From NCBI GenBank assembly GCA_000004985.1, contig GG738917.1: DNA of 64,000 nt; one strand, written 5' to 3'. Both the position numbers and the translations under genes were made by a program. Shown piece by piece: positions 46,301-57,625 of the stretch. Under the pieces are notes generated by a model, which did not search any database, was not told the origin of the DNA, and was given only the letters and a program-made list of their open reading frames with translations. The DNA is from Naegleria gruberi (taxonomy: Eukaryota). Position 1 is the first letter of the stretch. The number at the start of each line of letters is the position of its first letter.

Positions 46301-47468
46301 ATAACTCGGCTTGGGGAACCAGACGATGGATGGCACCTGTAAGTAATTATCAATTAATATTTCTAAAATCTCAATATAGGAGCAACGGTTGGGTAAAAGA
46401 TATGACTCTACTGTGGATATTTGGAGTTTAGGATGTATTGCATTAGAAATGGTTTTACAATATTCGTATTCGATGGTTGTAAAGTCAAGTAATTCAATGG
46501 ACAATATGGATCATGATATGAGACATGTGGACTATTATCAAGAAATTAAGAATAATCCTAACTTTTTGAATGATATACTAAGACCACTGGAGTCATACTA
46601 TGATGACAATATAATAGAATTCATTAAAAAGTGCCTTGTTATTGAACCATGGAAACGAGCCAAGGCTCAACAATTATATGGCCTACTCAATCAAGATATT
46701 AGATCAGTGGAGAACGCTGAGGTTCACTATGACCAGAGCCTTGAAGAGTTTCATCCATCTCCCTTCTCTGTGGAAAAGAAAGGATTGGAACAACTCCATG
46801 CAGCAACACCCACCGCTGCCAATATCCCTAACAAATTAATTGAAAATGCAAGTCTAAGTAACTTGGCGCTCTTACAAAACGAAAGGGATAAAGTGAATGC
46901 ATTGATAGAGAAAGTAGAAGAATCACAAAGTATTCGTAAAATATCCAATCCAGTATTTATAGAGCTTGGAGCTGATAACAAAAAATATACTAAACCAGAA
47001 CCAAAAGCAACCCACAAACTAACATCCACCATGACAATCGAAAGTAGAAATGTTCTCACAAGCCATGGATTAAGCACATTTTTCAAAGAAATTGAAGTTG
47101 AAGAAAATCATGAAAAAGAAAGCCAATCACTGAAAGACCACAATGAATCCTCATCAAGCAATAATGAAATGCTTCCAGAAGAATTTTCCACACAAGTTAA
47201 AAGAGGTCATGAAAAGTCACTCCACAAACTCTTGCAAAAATCAATATCTGATTGGACAACAAACGATGTAGGAATTTGGCTCATTTCAATTGATTTTAGC
47301 AAATTTGTTGAGAATTTTCAATCTCAGAATATTACCGGAAGAGCTTTATTGTTAATAAGAGAAGAAGATATGAAAGATGTGGGTGTAGTTAAATTGGGAG
47401 ACAAACTTTTATTGTGGAACATGATTCAGAATTTAAGACAACTTCACGATAGAAAGCAAAAGAAATAA
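43333..47468 (+). CDS. protein kinase with long N-terminal extension and C-terminal SAM domain, 2 exons (43333..46338, 46380..47468)
   Basis: Kinase: VIGSGSQGTVIKAF ... VAIKRI, a large acidic insert, HRDISTKNIFL, KIGDMGLS, W-MAP | E, DIWSLGC. The intron GTAAGT ... ATATAG (46339-46379) splits APE. C-terminal SAM: DWTTNDVGIWLISIDFSKFVENFQSQNITGRALLLIREEDMKDVGVVKLGDKLLLWNMI. Confidence 0.8.
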
Positions 47469-47693
47469 AAGTCCAGGCTATTCTAGAATGGCGCCAAATA
47501 TCTAATCTTTCCCGCCACATTTAAAAAAAATTCAACACAAAAAAATACCATCATATCAAACACCTGGATCATCTTTCCGCTTGTTAAAAAGACTATCATC
47601 ATCTTTTGATAATCATCAATAACCTAGATAGTACGAGCGGCCCAGGAAAAACAACAACAACACTAATTTATTATTTAAACAACACATATAACA

Positions 47694-50600
47694 ATGCACA
47701 TTAAATCTGTAACGATACAAGGCTTTAAATCATATCGTGATCAAACTTTCACTTCACAAGAATTTTCAGCCTCACAGAATATAATCGTTGGTAGAAACGG
47801 TAGTGGTAAATCCAACTTTTTCAGTGCCATCTCGTTCGTACTGAGTGAAAAGTTTAGTAAACTCAGAAGCGAAGAAAGACAAGCCTTTTTGCATGAAGGT
47901 ACAGGTAGAGGTGTCATTTCTGCCTTTGTTGAAATTGTTTTTGACAATTCTGACAACAGATTACCAACAGATAGCAAAGAAGTGGCTATTAGAAGAACCA
48001 TTGGTTTAAAGAAAGACGAATATAGAATTGATGGCAAAGCTGTGACACAACGTGAAGTATTTAATTTATTGGAATCTGCTGGTCTCAGTTCAAGTAATCC
48101 ATACTATATTGTAGAACAAGGTAAAGTCTCTAGTTTGACAACTATGAAGGATGCGGAAAGACTTGAATTGTTAAAAGAAATTGCGGGAACTAAAGTTTAC
48201 GATCAAAAGAGAGCAGAATCATTAACAATCATGAAAGATACTGAACAAAAGAAACAAAAAATTGATGAAGTTATTGAATATGTACAAGGTCGTCTTGATG
48301 AACTAGAGCAAGAAAAAGAAGAACTTAAAGAATTCCAAAAGCTTGACAAGGATAGAAGATGTGTAGAATATGCCATTTTCGAACAAGAACTAAGCGAAGC
48401 AACTAAAAATTTAGAAGAAATAGAAAAAGCTAGAGAAAGTCAACATACCCTCGCTAATCAATTGCATATGGACAAGATGCATTTACAACAAAAACTAAAG
48501 GACTACGAAAGGGATATTAAAACTGCTAAACTTCAAAAGGATACTAAGCAAAAAGAAAAAGAAATTTTAGAAAGTGAAAGACAAGACTTAATCAGACAAA
48601 GAACTAAGGTTGACCTAGAATTAAAAGACTACCAACAATTACATAAAGATGATGAAAGCACTCGTAATGACTTTGAAGAAGAACTTAGGGAAATAGATGA
48701 AAAGATCAATGATTTGAACTCACAATTGAATGATGAACTGATTCCACAATTAGATTTATTGGTTAGAGAAGAAAAGGAAATTTCTGATAAATTACAACAA
48801 AGTGAAAGAAGAATGAACGAACTTTTGAGTATCCAAGGTAGAAAGAATAAGTTTGATAATGTAAAAGACAGAAACAAATGGTTAACTGAAGAAATTAACA
48901 AATTAGAAAAAGTTAACGCAAGTTATGATGAACAAATTACAACAAGAACTTCTGATGTTAAAAAACTTAAAGAAGCACTTTCTACCTATGAAAGAACTAT
49001 TCAAGAAAAGGAAAAATCATTCTCTGACAATAGAAAGAAAATTGAACAATACCAAAGAAATTATGTAAACTTAAAGGATCGTAGAGATAATCTTACCAAT
49101 CAAAAGAAAGAATTATGGAAGGAACAAAATGATGTTGAAAAGGAAACACAAAGACTTCAAGACGAACTTGTCAGAGCTGAAAGAAAGTTAGATATGACTT
49201 TCCCAAAGTCTATTTCATCTGGTGTTCGTTCTGTAAATACTATCAAAAAGGAAAGAAATCTCTCTGGAGTTTATGGTACAGTTATTGAATTAATTAGATG
49301 TGATCCAAAATACCATAGAGCTGTTGAAGTTACTGCTGGAAATTCTCTCTACCATGTTGTTGTAGAAAATGAAAAAGTTTCTGGTGATATCATCAAAATT
49401 ATGAATGAAAGTAATGCTCCTGGTAGAGTTACCTTTATCCCACTCAACAGATTAAAAGCTTTGGACAGTGATGACAGTATTGGTACATCTGAATTCATTC
49501 CTCTTTGGAAGAAGATCGATGCTGATTCAAAGTTTAATGAAGTTGTCAAGAGTTTGTTTGGAAAGACTTTCTGTACCAAAACATTGGAAGATGGCGCTCA
49601 ATTTGCTAAAGATCACAATGTAAACTGTGTAACTCTTGCTGGTGATCAAGCTAATAGAAAGGGTACTCTTACTGGTGGTTATATTGAACAAAAACAATCC
49701 AGATTAGATTGTTGGAAACAAATCAAGGATTTGAGAAAGACATATTCTGAAAGCTTTGATAAGTCCAAGAAGATTAAGGCTTCAATTGCCACTCTCGAAG
49801 AACAACTCAACAGTTGTATTACTGATTTACACAAGGTTGAATCTGAAGTTCACAACTCTAAGAATACCATTCAATACGAACAACAAGAAATTCACAACCT
49901 TACTGTAAGAAGAGATCTTATCAAGGACAATCTTCGTTCAAACGAAGAATTGTTGGAGAAGGTCAAATCTATCCTCTCTTCCAACAAGGAAACCATCGAA
50001 TCATACACCAAGGAAAAGGATTTACCACTAGATGCTACACTCAACTCTAGAGAAAAGCAAGAACTTGAAAAGTTATCAAAGTCTGTTACTGAACTGACAA
50101 CCAAGTTACAAGGTGTCTCCAAGAACAGATTAGAAAAAGAAACCAAGAAAGAAAGTCTTAGAATTCAATTGACTACAAACTATATTCCAAGAAAGTCCGA
50201 ACTTCAAGTCTTGATAGAAACTCTCCCAACAGATAATTCTATTTCATCCTCTCATCAAACTTTAATGCAACTCCAAACTGAGAAGCAAGTTACAGAAGAA
50301 AGAATTAAAGATACAACTGAATCAGTTAAGAGACTTGATCAAGAAATTGATGAGTTGGGCGAAACCATCAGAAATAAGCAAGAACAATTGGAAACTGAAA
50401 AGTCTGAAGAAACAAAGAAATTACAAACTCTTCAAGAAAAGGCCAGTTCTCTTGAAAAACTTCTCAACAAGAAGAAGATTTGGTCTCAAAAGAAGGAAGA
50501 ATGTATTAAACAAATCAAAGAATTGGGAACCCTTCCATCAGACTTTAGAAAATATCTTGAAACTGATCAAAAGTTATTGCTCAAGAAATTGCACAATACC

Positions 50601-51386
50601 AACGAAAAGCTGAAGAAATTCGGTCATGTCAACAAGAAGGCTCTTGATCAATACGAACAATTCAGTAATCAAAAGGAAGAATTCCTGGAAAAGAAGAGTG
50701 AACTTGATAGCAGTGCTAAAGCAATTAATGAACTTATCCAAGTTTTAGATAAGAGAAAGGATGAAGCAATTGTAAGAACATTTAAGCAGGTACAAAAAAA
50801 CTTCCAAGAAATTTTCCAAAATCTTGTTCCAGGTGGTCATGCTTCTCTGTCTATGAAATATAGAAATGGTGAAGATGAAGAAGAGGAAGAAGAAGAAGAT
50901 GAAGAAGCAAAGGAAGTTGAACAATATGCTGGTGTTTCCATCAAGGTCTCTTTCATGTCAAGTGGTGACTCTGAAGAAGATCAATCATACCATCTCATGC
51001 AACAGCTTTCAGGTGGTCAAAAGTCACTTGTAGCTCTCTGTCTTATTTTTGCTATCCAACGTTGTGACCCTGCACCATTCTATTTATTCGACGAAATTGA
51101 TGCTGCTCTCGATCCTGCCTACAGAACATCCGTTGCCAATATGATTGATACTCTTTCAACGAAGGAAAAGATTCAATTTATTACAGCAACGTTCAAACCA
51201 GAAGTTTTAGAAACAGCTGAAAACTTTTATGGTATTTCATTCAAGAATAAGGTTTCTTCAATCAAATTGATTTCAAAGAACGAAGCTCTCAAAGTTTTGC
51301 AAGAAGAAGAAAGACTAGGTGGCAATCCTCAAGAAATTGAAAGACCATCGTCACCTGCAAAAGTTGATGAAATGGAAGATGAATAA
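47694..51386 (+). CDS. SMC3: structural maintenance of chromosomes protein 3 (cohesin SMC3)
   Basis: 1230 aa, single exon. N-terminus MHIKSVTIQGFKSYRDQT ... VGRNGSGKSNFF (Walker A) ... VEIVFDNSDNRLP is SMC3-specific. Long coiled coils, a hinge, and C-terminal LSGGQKSLVALCLIFAIQRCDPAPFYLFDEIDAALD (signature and Walker B). Confidence 0.95.
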   Translation: MHIKSVTIQGFKSYRDQTFTSQEFSASQNIIVGRNGSGKSNFFSAISFVLSEKFSKLRSEERQAFLHEGTGRGVISAFVEIVFDNSDNRLPTDSKEVAIRRTIGLKKDEYRIDGKAVTQREVFNLLESAGLSSSNPYYIVEQGKVSSLTTMKDAERLELLKEIAGTKVYDQKRAESLTIMKDTEQKKQKIDEVIEYVQGRLDELEQEKEELKEFQKLDKDRRCVEYAIFEQELSEATKNLEEIEKARESQHTLANQLHMDKMHLQQKLKDYERDIKTAKLQKDTKQKEKEILESERQDLIRQRTKVDLELKDYQQLHKDDESTRNDFEEELREIDEKINDLNSQLNDELIPQLDLLVREEKEISDKLQQSERRMNELLSIQGRKNKFDNVKDRNKWLTEEINKLEKVNASYDEQITTRTSDVKKLKEALSTYERTIQEKEKSFSDNRKKIEQYQRNYVNLKDRRDNLTNQKKELWKEQNDVEKETQRLQDELVRAERKLDMTFPKSISSGVRSVNTIKKERNLSGVYGTVIELIRCDPKYHRAVEVTAGNSLYHVVVENEKVSGDIIKIMNESNAPGRVTFIPLNRLKALDSDDSIGTSEFIPLWKKIDADSKFNEVVKSLFGKTFCTKTLEDGAQFAKDHNVNCVTLAGDQANRKGTLTGGYIEQKQSRLDCWKQIKDLRKTYSESFDKSKKIKASIATLEEQLNSCITDLHKVESEVHNSKNTIQYEQQEIHNLTVRRDLIKDNLRSNEELLEKVKSILSSNKETIESYTKEKDLPLDATLNSREKQELEKLSKSVTELTTKLQGVSKNRLEKETKKESLRIQLTTNYIPRKSELQVLIETLPTDNSISSSHQTLMQLQTEKQVTEERIKDTTESVKRLDQEIDELGETIRNKQEQLETEKSEETKKLQTLQEKASSLEKLLNKKKIWSQKKEECIKQIKELGTLPSDFRKYLETDQKLLLKKLHNTNEKLKKFGHVNKKALDQYEQFSNQKEEFLEKKSELDSSAKAINELIQVLDKRKDEAIVRTFKQVQKNFQEIFQNLVPGGHASLSMKYRNGEDEEEEEEEDEEAKEVEQYAGVSIKVSFMSSGDSEEDQSYHLMQQLSGGQKSLVALCLIFAIQRCDPAPFYLFDEIDAALDPAYRTSVANMIDTLSTKEKIQFITATFKPEVLETAENFYGISFKNKVSSIKLISKNEALKVLQEEERLGGNPQEIERPSSPAKVDEMEDE

Positions 51387-52100
51387 CTTTGTTTTCTTTT
51401 ACTTTTTAAATAAATTATTTGTAAATATTTACTTCAGTGATGCTCTGTCATAATCATATTTCTTATCCCGTTTCCATGATCAGTAAAATTCCAAGCAAAC
51501 GACGCTTTTGGTGAATAAAATTACTAAGCTTTGATTCCAACAAATATTTCTTGTTGAAGATTTAAGGCTCAACTTTTTCATTAACTCAAATTTTGTAAAA
51601 AAAATGACTAGAAAACCAACATCTACTAAGACATGTACCATCAAAAAGAATAGACCATCATCTTCTCAAACTCTACATGATGAAAAGGTAGATATCTTCT
51701 TTGGTTTGGTATTTCCAAATGATTCACTCCCGTTATCAAGGGTTCTCTTGAATCAGAAATTAAAGATTCAGAAAAAAAGATCCAACAATTAGAACAAAAG
51801 GTTAGCCACGTTGCTCCTAAAGTTATAAGAGAATATATTCAATGTTTGCAAGCAGTACAACATATGTTCGTAAGGAAGATATTGAACATTTAGATGTTTT
51901 ACAAAAAATAATTCCTTACTGACAGCTCTGTTTCAGGAGACGAATATGTTGCATGGTTCAATTCATTGTTCTACCGTCAAACAGATTAACCACATACAGA
52001 CATATTTGTAGCCCTTATACTTGGCGGTTAAATTAAATATTATGGAAAAATGCTCAGTACAAGATCATCTTACACCTTATGAAATTACCGAATATCTCGT

Positions 52101-52150
52101 NNNNNNNNNNNNNNNNNNNNNNNNNNNNNNNNNNNNNNNNNNNNNNNNNN
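52101..52150. other. assembly gap (50 N)
   Basis: Run of N. Confidence 0.99.
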
Positions 52151-52255
52151 TTAACTCTTGAATGAATATGAATAAATTAGTCTTAGGATTCAGAAAATTG
52201 TTTCGTTAGTAAAATGTCAAAATTGTTTGTTTTTGAGGAGTAGGTAACAATTAAA

Positions 52256-53407
52256 TTACTTCTTTTTGGCCTTCTTTTCTTTCTTTTTATAAATTGCTAA
52301 CAGTTTCTCAAACTCCTTATCATACTTGATATCAAATCCATGAGCTGTATTCACAAAAGTTTGTTCAATCTTTTCCTGTTCTTCATCTGAAAATTTAATC
52401 TCAGAATCGCTAAAATCCAACTGTCCCACCAACTCCATTTTCACACTCTCAATCTTGTTTAAATTATGTGGACACAATTCAAAATAAAGTTTCCATTCGA
52501 ATGTGTACAATTTTCTAATCATATCAGGCATGGAAGGTTTATACAGGGAACTAGTTGATGAAGAAAATTGTTTACTCTTTGAAGCCATTTGAGAAGTTGG
52601 AATGGAAGGTAAACTTGCAGAATGAGGAGTAAAATCAAAGAATTGACCAGTCACTCTTTCCTTTCTTCTATGGCAAACAGTTACTTTTCCATTCGAAGGA
52701 TCGATTATTATATCAATAAACCAAAATCCAGAATCTTTTATCATCATATTAATATATAAATTGAATTTTTGATTATATTTACCTTTGTACCTAAATAATT
52801 GTCCCAATTGTCTTTTAAGGGCAATTACACCAGGTGCTATTATAGACTGATTGCAAAATTTTAAAATAGTTAGTACAGGTGATGCTTCTCCAAAATAATT
52901 AATTAGAAATGTTTCCAATGTTTGATAATTACTAAAATTGACATTATTTTCTAATAATCGACAAGTAAATGATTGAATATTATTACCATTGACAAGACAT
53001 GATTCAGAAAGATGCGGATCATTCATAGATTGTATCTAAATATAATTCATTTAATCAATTATATGAAATCAATATATTTACCTCACTGTACAATATTGAA
53101 AGTATTGAATGAATAACTTTGGTCAATTTGTTTTCACATTCAAAATCTTCTTCTTGAATATTAGAGTTGGGTATTGGATTCTTGGTATTTGGTTCTAAAA
53201 CAGTTATCTTGTTACATAATCTTATCAAATCTTTAGCTACAGGTAGATCAATGACTTTCCTATCATACAATGACACAAACAAATTATTTTAAAAACTTAC
53301 TGTTGTGATATTCTTCTCACAGAATCGGCTGTTTCTACAAAATCCAACAAATAAATTGGTGGTGATGTTGGTGAATTTTTAATGTCCTTTGCGTGTTTTG
53401 ATCCCAT
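52256..53407 (-). CDS. hypothetical protein, 3 exons (53407..53301, 53259..53082, 53035..52256)
   Basis: N-terminus MGSKHAKD (possible N-myristoylation). Exons joined in phase via GTAAGT and GTAAAT donors. K-rich C-terminal tail. No family recognised. Confidence 0.5.
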
Positions 53408-54809
53408 TCTTATTTTTATTCGAAACTAATTTTACTAAACATAGAGTCAAAATACAACTTCCAATGATTGTTTTCTTCTTCCTGCCGATGATGATGATGC
53501 TGCTGGTGGAATATTCTTTGAAAAAAAAAAGAGTAATGAGTATCAAAGTTTGCCGTTTTTTTTTAGTTTTTGAAAATAATTGTTCTGAAAAGGCAGCATT
53601 TCTTCTTGAAAGGTCGAATGGCATACAAATTTAGAGAAAAACGTACGAAACAACTTTTTGTAAATGTGCACTGCAGTGATGATTCGATTCGATGGCTCAA
53701 TATTTATCTCATTCAAACAAATCATATTAGACTATTAGATATCATCATATAGAAGTCAACTGAAAATGAAAAAATGTAGTAACAAATACAATCATACGAA
53801 GAAAATGAAAACGTTTGTGTATTATGATAAACAGATGGATCATGTGGATGATGAAAGTTCAGTATATCCACACAATCTAGCCATACAGTTAGAAGGCCTT
53901 CCCTTTGATTTTCAATGAAAAAACGCGGGTTTTCCTTAAATTAAAATTGGAACAGCTTCAATTAAGGAAACCGTAGTGAACAGATGAAATTCATGTAGAC
54001 ACTGTGAAGGAAAATGATCCATGAAAATAAGAACTTGCTCCTTTATATTAAGTTACTGCACGAATCAGAGGAAATGAAAAATTATTCTTTATTTCGAAAG
54101 GACATGATTCTTTTTTCACAAATCGGTGACAATTCGTTATTAGAACAAGTCCCTTTTGGGTTTCCCTAATATTCCTTCTTTTTACTTACTGGGTATCACC
54201 AATTAATTGAATTTAAATCATTTAATTCTTATCAGCTCGAGTTAGTATTGGATTGCTGACAATTCAAGTCTCAGACATGTCTCATTGAATGAAGCAACGT
54301 TATTTTTCTAACGTCTTCTAAGCAATCGTACCAGAAAGCCTTGATCATCAAAATTTGGTATCGAGAGCTCTTCAGACACAACACACGACAAGATTTAACA
54401 TCGAGTTATGTTGTTGTGCTGTTTGCTTTCGACATCAACAATGTGTCTTCTCGTGTTGCTGTTGCTTGGTTCTTCATCAAATTACCAACTCCTTTTTCTC
54501 TTCTATTTTTAACGAGAAAAAAGGAACGCAACAAGTTGGCACCACACAAAGTTGAAAAAAAACCACAACGATTTTTCTCTGAGAAGATTTTACTTTGCTT
54601 CCAATACCGACAGCACAAAGACGACAATTATTGGGAGCACATTACACAAATAACAACAACACCACTTACATTCTGAACAATAGTGTTTTTTTGTCAAAAG
54701 CAACTATTTTATACTATTTAGCAAGAGAAATAGGTGTTCCATATAACCTTTATATTTTGGAGTAACATACATATATTCATAATTAATAGATAAAACACAT
54801 CAAGGAATC

Positions 54810-57353
54810 ATGTACACCACAATGATACCACAATCACAAACCACATCGTCATCACCATATAATGGGCATTCTCCTTCCTATTATTCTGATCAAAATAGTG
54901 GAAATTCGTCTAGTACATCAATTTCCTCCCCTTCCATGTACTCTTATTCATCTTCATCTAATACCTCTCCAACTTCGATAACACACTACCCAATGCAGCA
55001 AACAATGCAAAATAATGGAATGGTTTCTAATATTATGGATTTTTATATTCATGATGTAAACTTCTCCTTGCATACTAAAGCATCACCTGAATGCGAAATT
55101 CAATTGTACAGATTAACCAACCCAATGGATGCTCAAATTACTTTTGTCAACACTCACCCACAGTCAACACCTCCTCCACATCTCTCAACTGTTGTATATG
55201 CTTTACAAATCCAATTAGAAAAGTTCATGTCTCAAACAAATCAATGGGTACCTTGTACTAACGATACTCCTTCTTCAAACTTGTTTAAAGACTATGAAGC
55301 TAATGTTCTGTATAACCAAACTAATAATCAATCAATTACACAATTAATTCAAACAGATGGAAAGTCACTTTATATACAGTTACCACTTCAATTAGGACTT
55401 TTCAGTAACCAATATACTTCTATGACTTTCCGTTCCAAGTTAAATACAAGCAAGGAAAAACAAGGTTTTAAAAGAGGTGAAGTGGCAATCTTTAGAGTTG
55501 TTTTCACTCTTCTTAAACAACAACAACAATTGCATACCTATTTCCAAAATAAGTATGATTCTGTGCCGTTTGGAATAATTAACCATGGTAAAAACAGTAC
55601 AGCTGTGGGAATGTATAAAAACATTAAACTGAGCTCTATCCCTGGTACTGTTGAGTATAACATGCTCATCAAGCAACAACAACAACAAACTTACACACCT
55701 CAAATGCACAGTCCAAACAGCAGTATTTATACTACTCCGAACACAAGTGTTGGAACCAGTGATTATTCAAACAATTCTCCATATGGAGGAAATCAATATA
55801 GTGGATATAATGGCCAATCTATGGGTCTGGATGTAATTGATGAAAGTAGACAAATACAGGAAATGTTGGACATTCTGAATCAAGAAGAAGAAATGGCAAG
55901 ACAATATTACAACTCCAATTCTTCAAATGATAGTGGATCTGGAGATGATATGATGTACATGACTGACGACGAGGACATGTTCAGAGAAATTAACTCTATG
56001 GAAGATTACTTCTCTCAAAGTCAAGAAACAAACACAAGTCCTGGACAATCCGATCAAAATTATGAAGATATCAAATGGGAAGATGACCCTAATGAAGATT
56101 TCCATGGCTTTACAACTCAATCAGATTCAGCCAATGTATTCTTATGTGATGATGAATGTGATGGAATGGACTCTTACTATGCTGACTATTCTGCTCCATC
56201 AACGCAACCCCAAAGCGCAACTTTGTCTTCTGCTTATAGCACCCTTTTCAAAAGCTCAGTTGTTCCACAACCATTGGCTAGTAGTGCTGGTAGAAGTGTT
56301 GAAAGAAGAAGTCTTTCTAAACAAATGGATTCATTTGCACCTCCTCCTCCAGTTATGAGAAGTAAGGAATCTTCATTGTATTCATTGCCTCCACCATCAT
56401 CAGAATCAAGAAGTAGATCCTCCCTTGGTAATACTATTCAAGCATCAATTACTCCATCTATTAATCAATACGAAACATGGAGCAGTCCTATTGTTTCAGA
56501 TTCTCGCCAAGAACTCGTTCGTTCTGTTGCTTCTCAACCTTCTCAACCTCCAAGAATGACCTTTGGAGCTCACTATATAAGATCTGATGTTGCAGCAGAG
56601 CTCAAACAACCTGTAGAAGAAAAGAAAAAGAAGAAGCTTTCACTTGGAAAACTTTTCAAGAAGAAGGATGAAAAAGCTCCAAAAGAAAAAGAAAATGAAG
56701 AAAAGGCCAAAAACCCACTGTCCAATCAATCTCATGCATCATTCTTTGCAAACTTTAAACCAAGCACTATGGTTACACTTAATACAAATCAGTTACCTGA
56801 AAATGTGAGACAAGTCTCTAAAGTTACTCAAGCACAACAAAAACCAACAGAAGATTCTACAAGTACAGCCGAAGACGAACTTGCTGAAACACTTTCCAAA
56901 TTGAATATCAATAACACTGCCCTCACCACTAAATTTGATCCAAAGAAGATTACTTTCACTCTTGAAAAGAAAGGAAGCAAGGAAGTTTATGACTTGACCA
57001 ACCCTTCCAAAGAGAAGAAGTCCATTCCATCATTCAATCCAGGAGATGTTATTCAATTTTCAGTTAAGAATAATAATGAGAAAGAATTTATCGAAAAGAC
57101 AAACCTGATTGTGGGTACAACTATTCCAAGAAGGTCGATTGTCACATTCTCTGACAAGTCAACTGGCTTTACTCAAATGAAAGAAACTGTTGCCACAAGT
57201 CAAATAGTACAAATTCCAAATATAAGAGTAACTAATCCAACATGCAAGAAGAAGGCAAAGATTGTCACAATTGTATTATTTGTTAAATTTATCGAGTCCG
57301 GAAAAGAAAGAATTTTCACAACCAAGAGAAGAATAATGGTTGTTAATAAATAA
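54810..57353 (+). CDS. S/Q/N-rich low-complexity protein (847 aa), possibly nuclear/regulatory
   Basis: Single long ORF with poly-Q and poly-S tracts, preceded by a leader of over 1 kb lacking ORFs. No recognised domain. Confidence 0.5.
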   Translation: MYTTMIPQSQTTSSSPYNGHSPSYYSDQNSGNSSSTSISSPSMYSYSSSSNTSPTSITHYPMQQTMQNNGMVSNIMDFYIHDVNFSLHTKASPECEIQLYRLTNPMDAQITFVNTHPQSTPPPHLSTVVYALQIQLEKFMSQTNQWVPCTNDTPSSNLFKDYEANVLYNQTNNQSITQLIQTDGKSLYIQLPLQLGLFSNQYTSMTFRSKLNTSKEKQGFKRGEVAIFRVVFTLLKQQQQLHTYFQNKYDSVPFGIINHGKNSTAVGMYKNIKLSSIPGTVEYNMLIKQQQQQTYTPQMHSPNSSIYTTPNTSVGTSDYSNNSPYGGNQYSGYNGQSMGLDVIDESRQIQEMLDILNQEEEMARQYYNSNSSNDSGSGDDMMYMTDDEDMFREINSMEDYFSQSQETNTSPGQSDQNYEDIKWEDDPNEDFHGFTTQSDSANVFLCDDECDGMDSYYADYSAPSTQPQSATLSSAYSTLFKSSVVPQPLASSAGRSVERRSLSKQMDSFAPPPPVMRSKESSLYSLPPPSSESRSRSSLGNTIQASITPSINQYETWSSPIVSDSRQELVRSVASQPSQPPRMTFGAHYIRSDVAAELKQPVEEKKKKKLSLGKLFKKKDEKAPKEKENEEKAKNPLSNQSHASFFANFKPSTMVTLNTNQLPENVRQVSKVTQAQQKPTEDSTSTAEDELAETLSKLNINNTALTTKFDPKKITFTLEKKGSKEVYDLTNPSKEKKSIPSFNPGDVIQFSVKNNNEKEFIEKTNLIVGTTIPRRSIVTFSDKSTGFTQMKETVATSQIVQIPNIRVTNPTCKKKAKIVTIVLFVKFIESGKERIFTTKRRIMVVNK

Positions 57354-57469
57354 TTTTCACCTTATTGATTTAACCATGCGTTATGTAAAACGCAATCAAA
57401 CGAAATTCTACTTTGCCATGTTTAAGCTATTATTATTATACTAAGGATATATTCTAGGATTTAATGAGA

Positions 57470-57541
57470 TCCCGTGTAGTCCAATGGCTAGGATACCTGG
57501 CTTTCACCCAGGAGGTCCGGGTTCAATTCCCGGCATGGGAG
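57470..57541 (+). tRNA. tRNA-Glu (TTC)
   Basis: TCCCGTGTAGTCCAATGGCTAGGATACCTGGCTTTCACCCAGGAGGTCCGGGTTCAATTCCCGGCATGGGAG. Anticodon loop CTTTCAC. Followed by a T-run. Confidence 0.9.
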
Positions 57542-57625
57542 GATGATTTTACTTTGGAACATTATTATCATAAATGTTTATTTCTCTCGTTATTAAAGGT
57601 AATTAGAGAAAATTTGTCATTTATT

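Noticed and set aside
47741-50146. Several ORFs of 60-110 aa antisense or overlapping within the SMC3 gene (47741..48037, 48629..48901, 49349..49579, 49892..50146, 50335..50613)
   Set aside because: They lie inside a strongly supported 1230-aa SMC3 reading frame and have low-complexity translations. They are shadow ORFs.
53379-53752. Cluster of small overlapping ORFs (53379..53624, 53389..53634, 53543..53725, 53570..53752)
   Set aside because: They sit in an AT/homopolymer-rich intergenic or first-intron region of the 52256..53407 gene. They overlap each other on both strands and have no coding signal.
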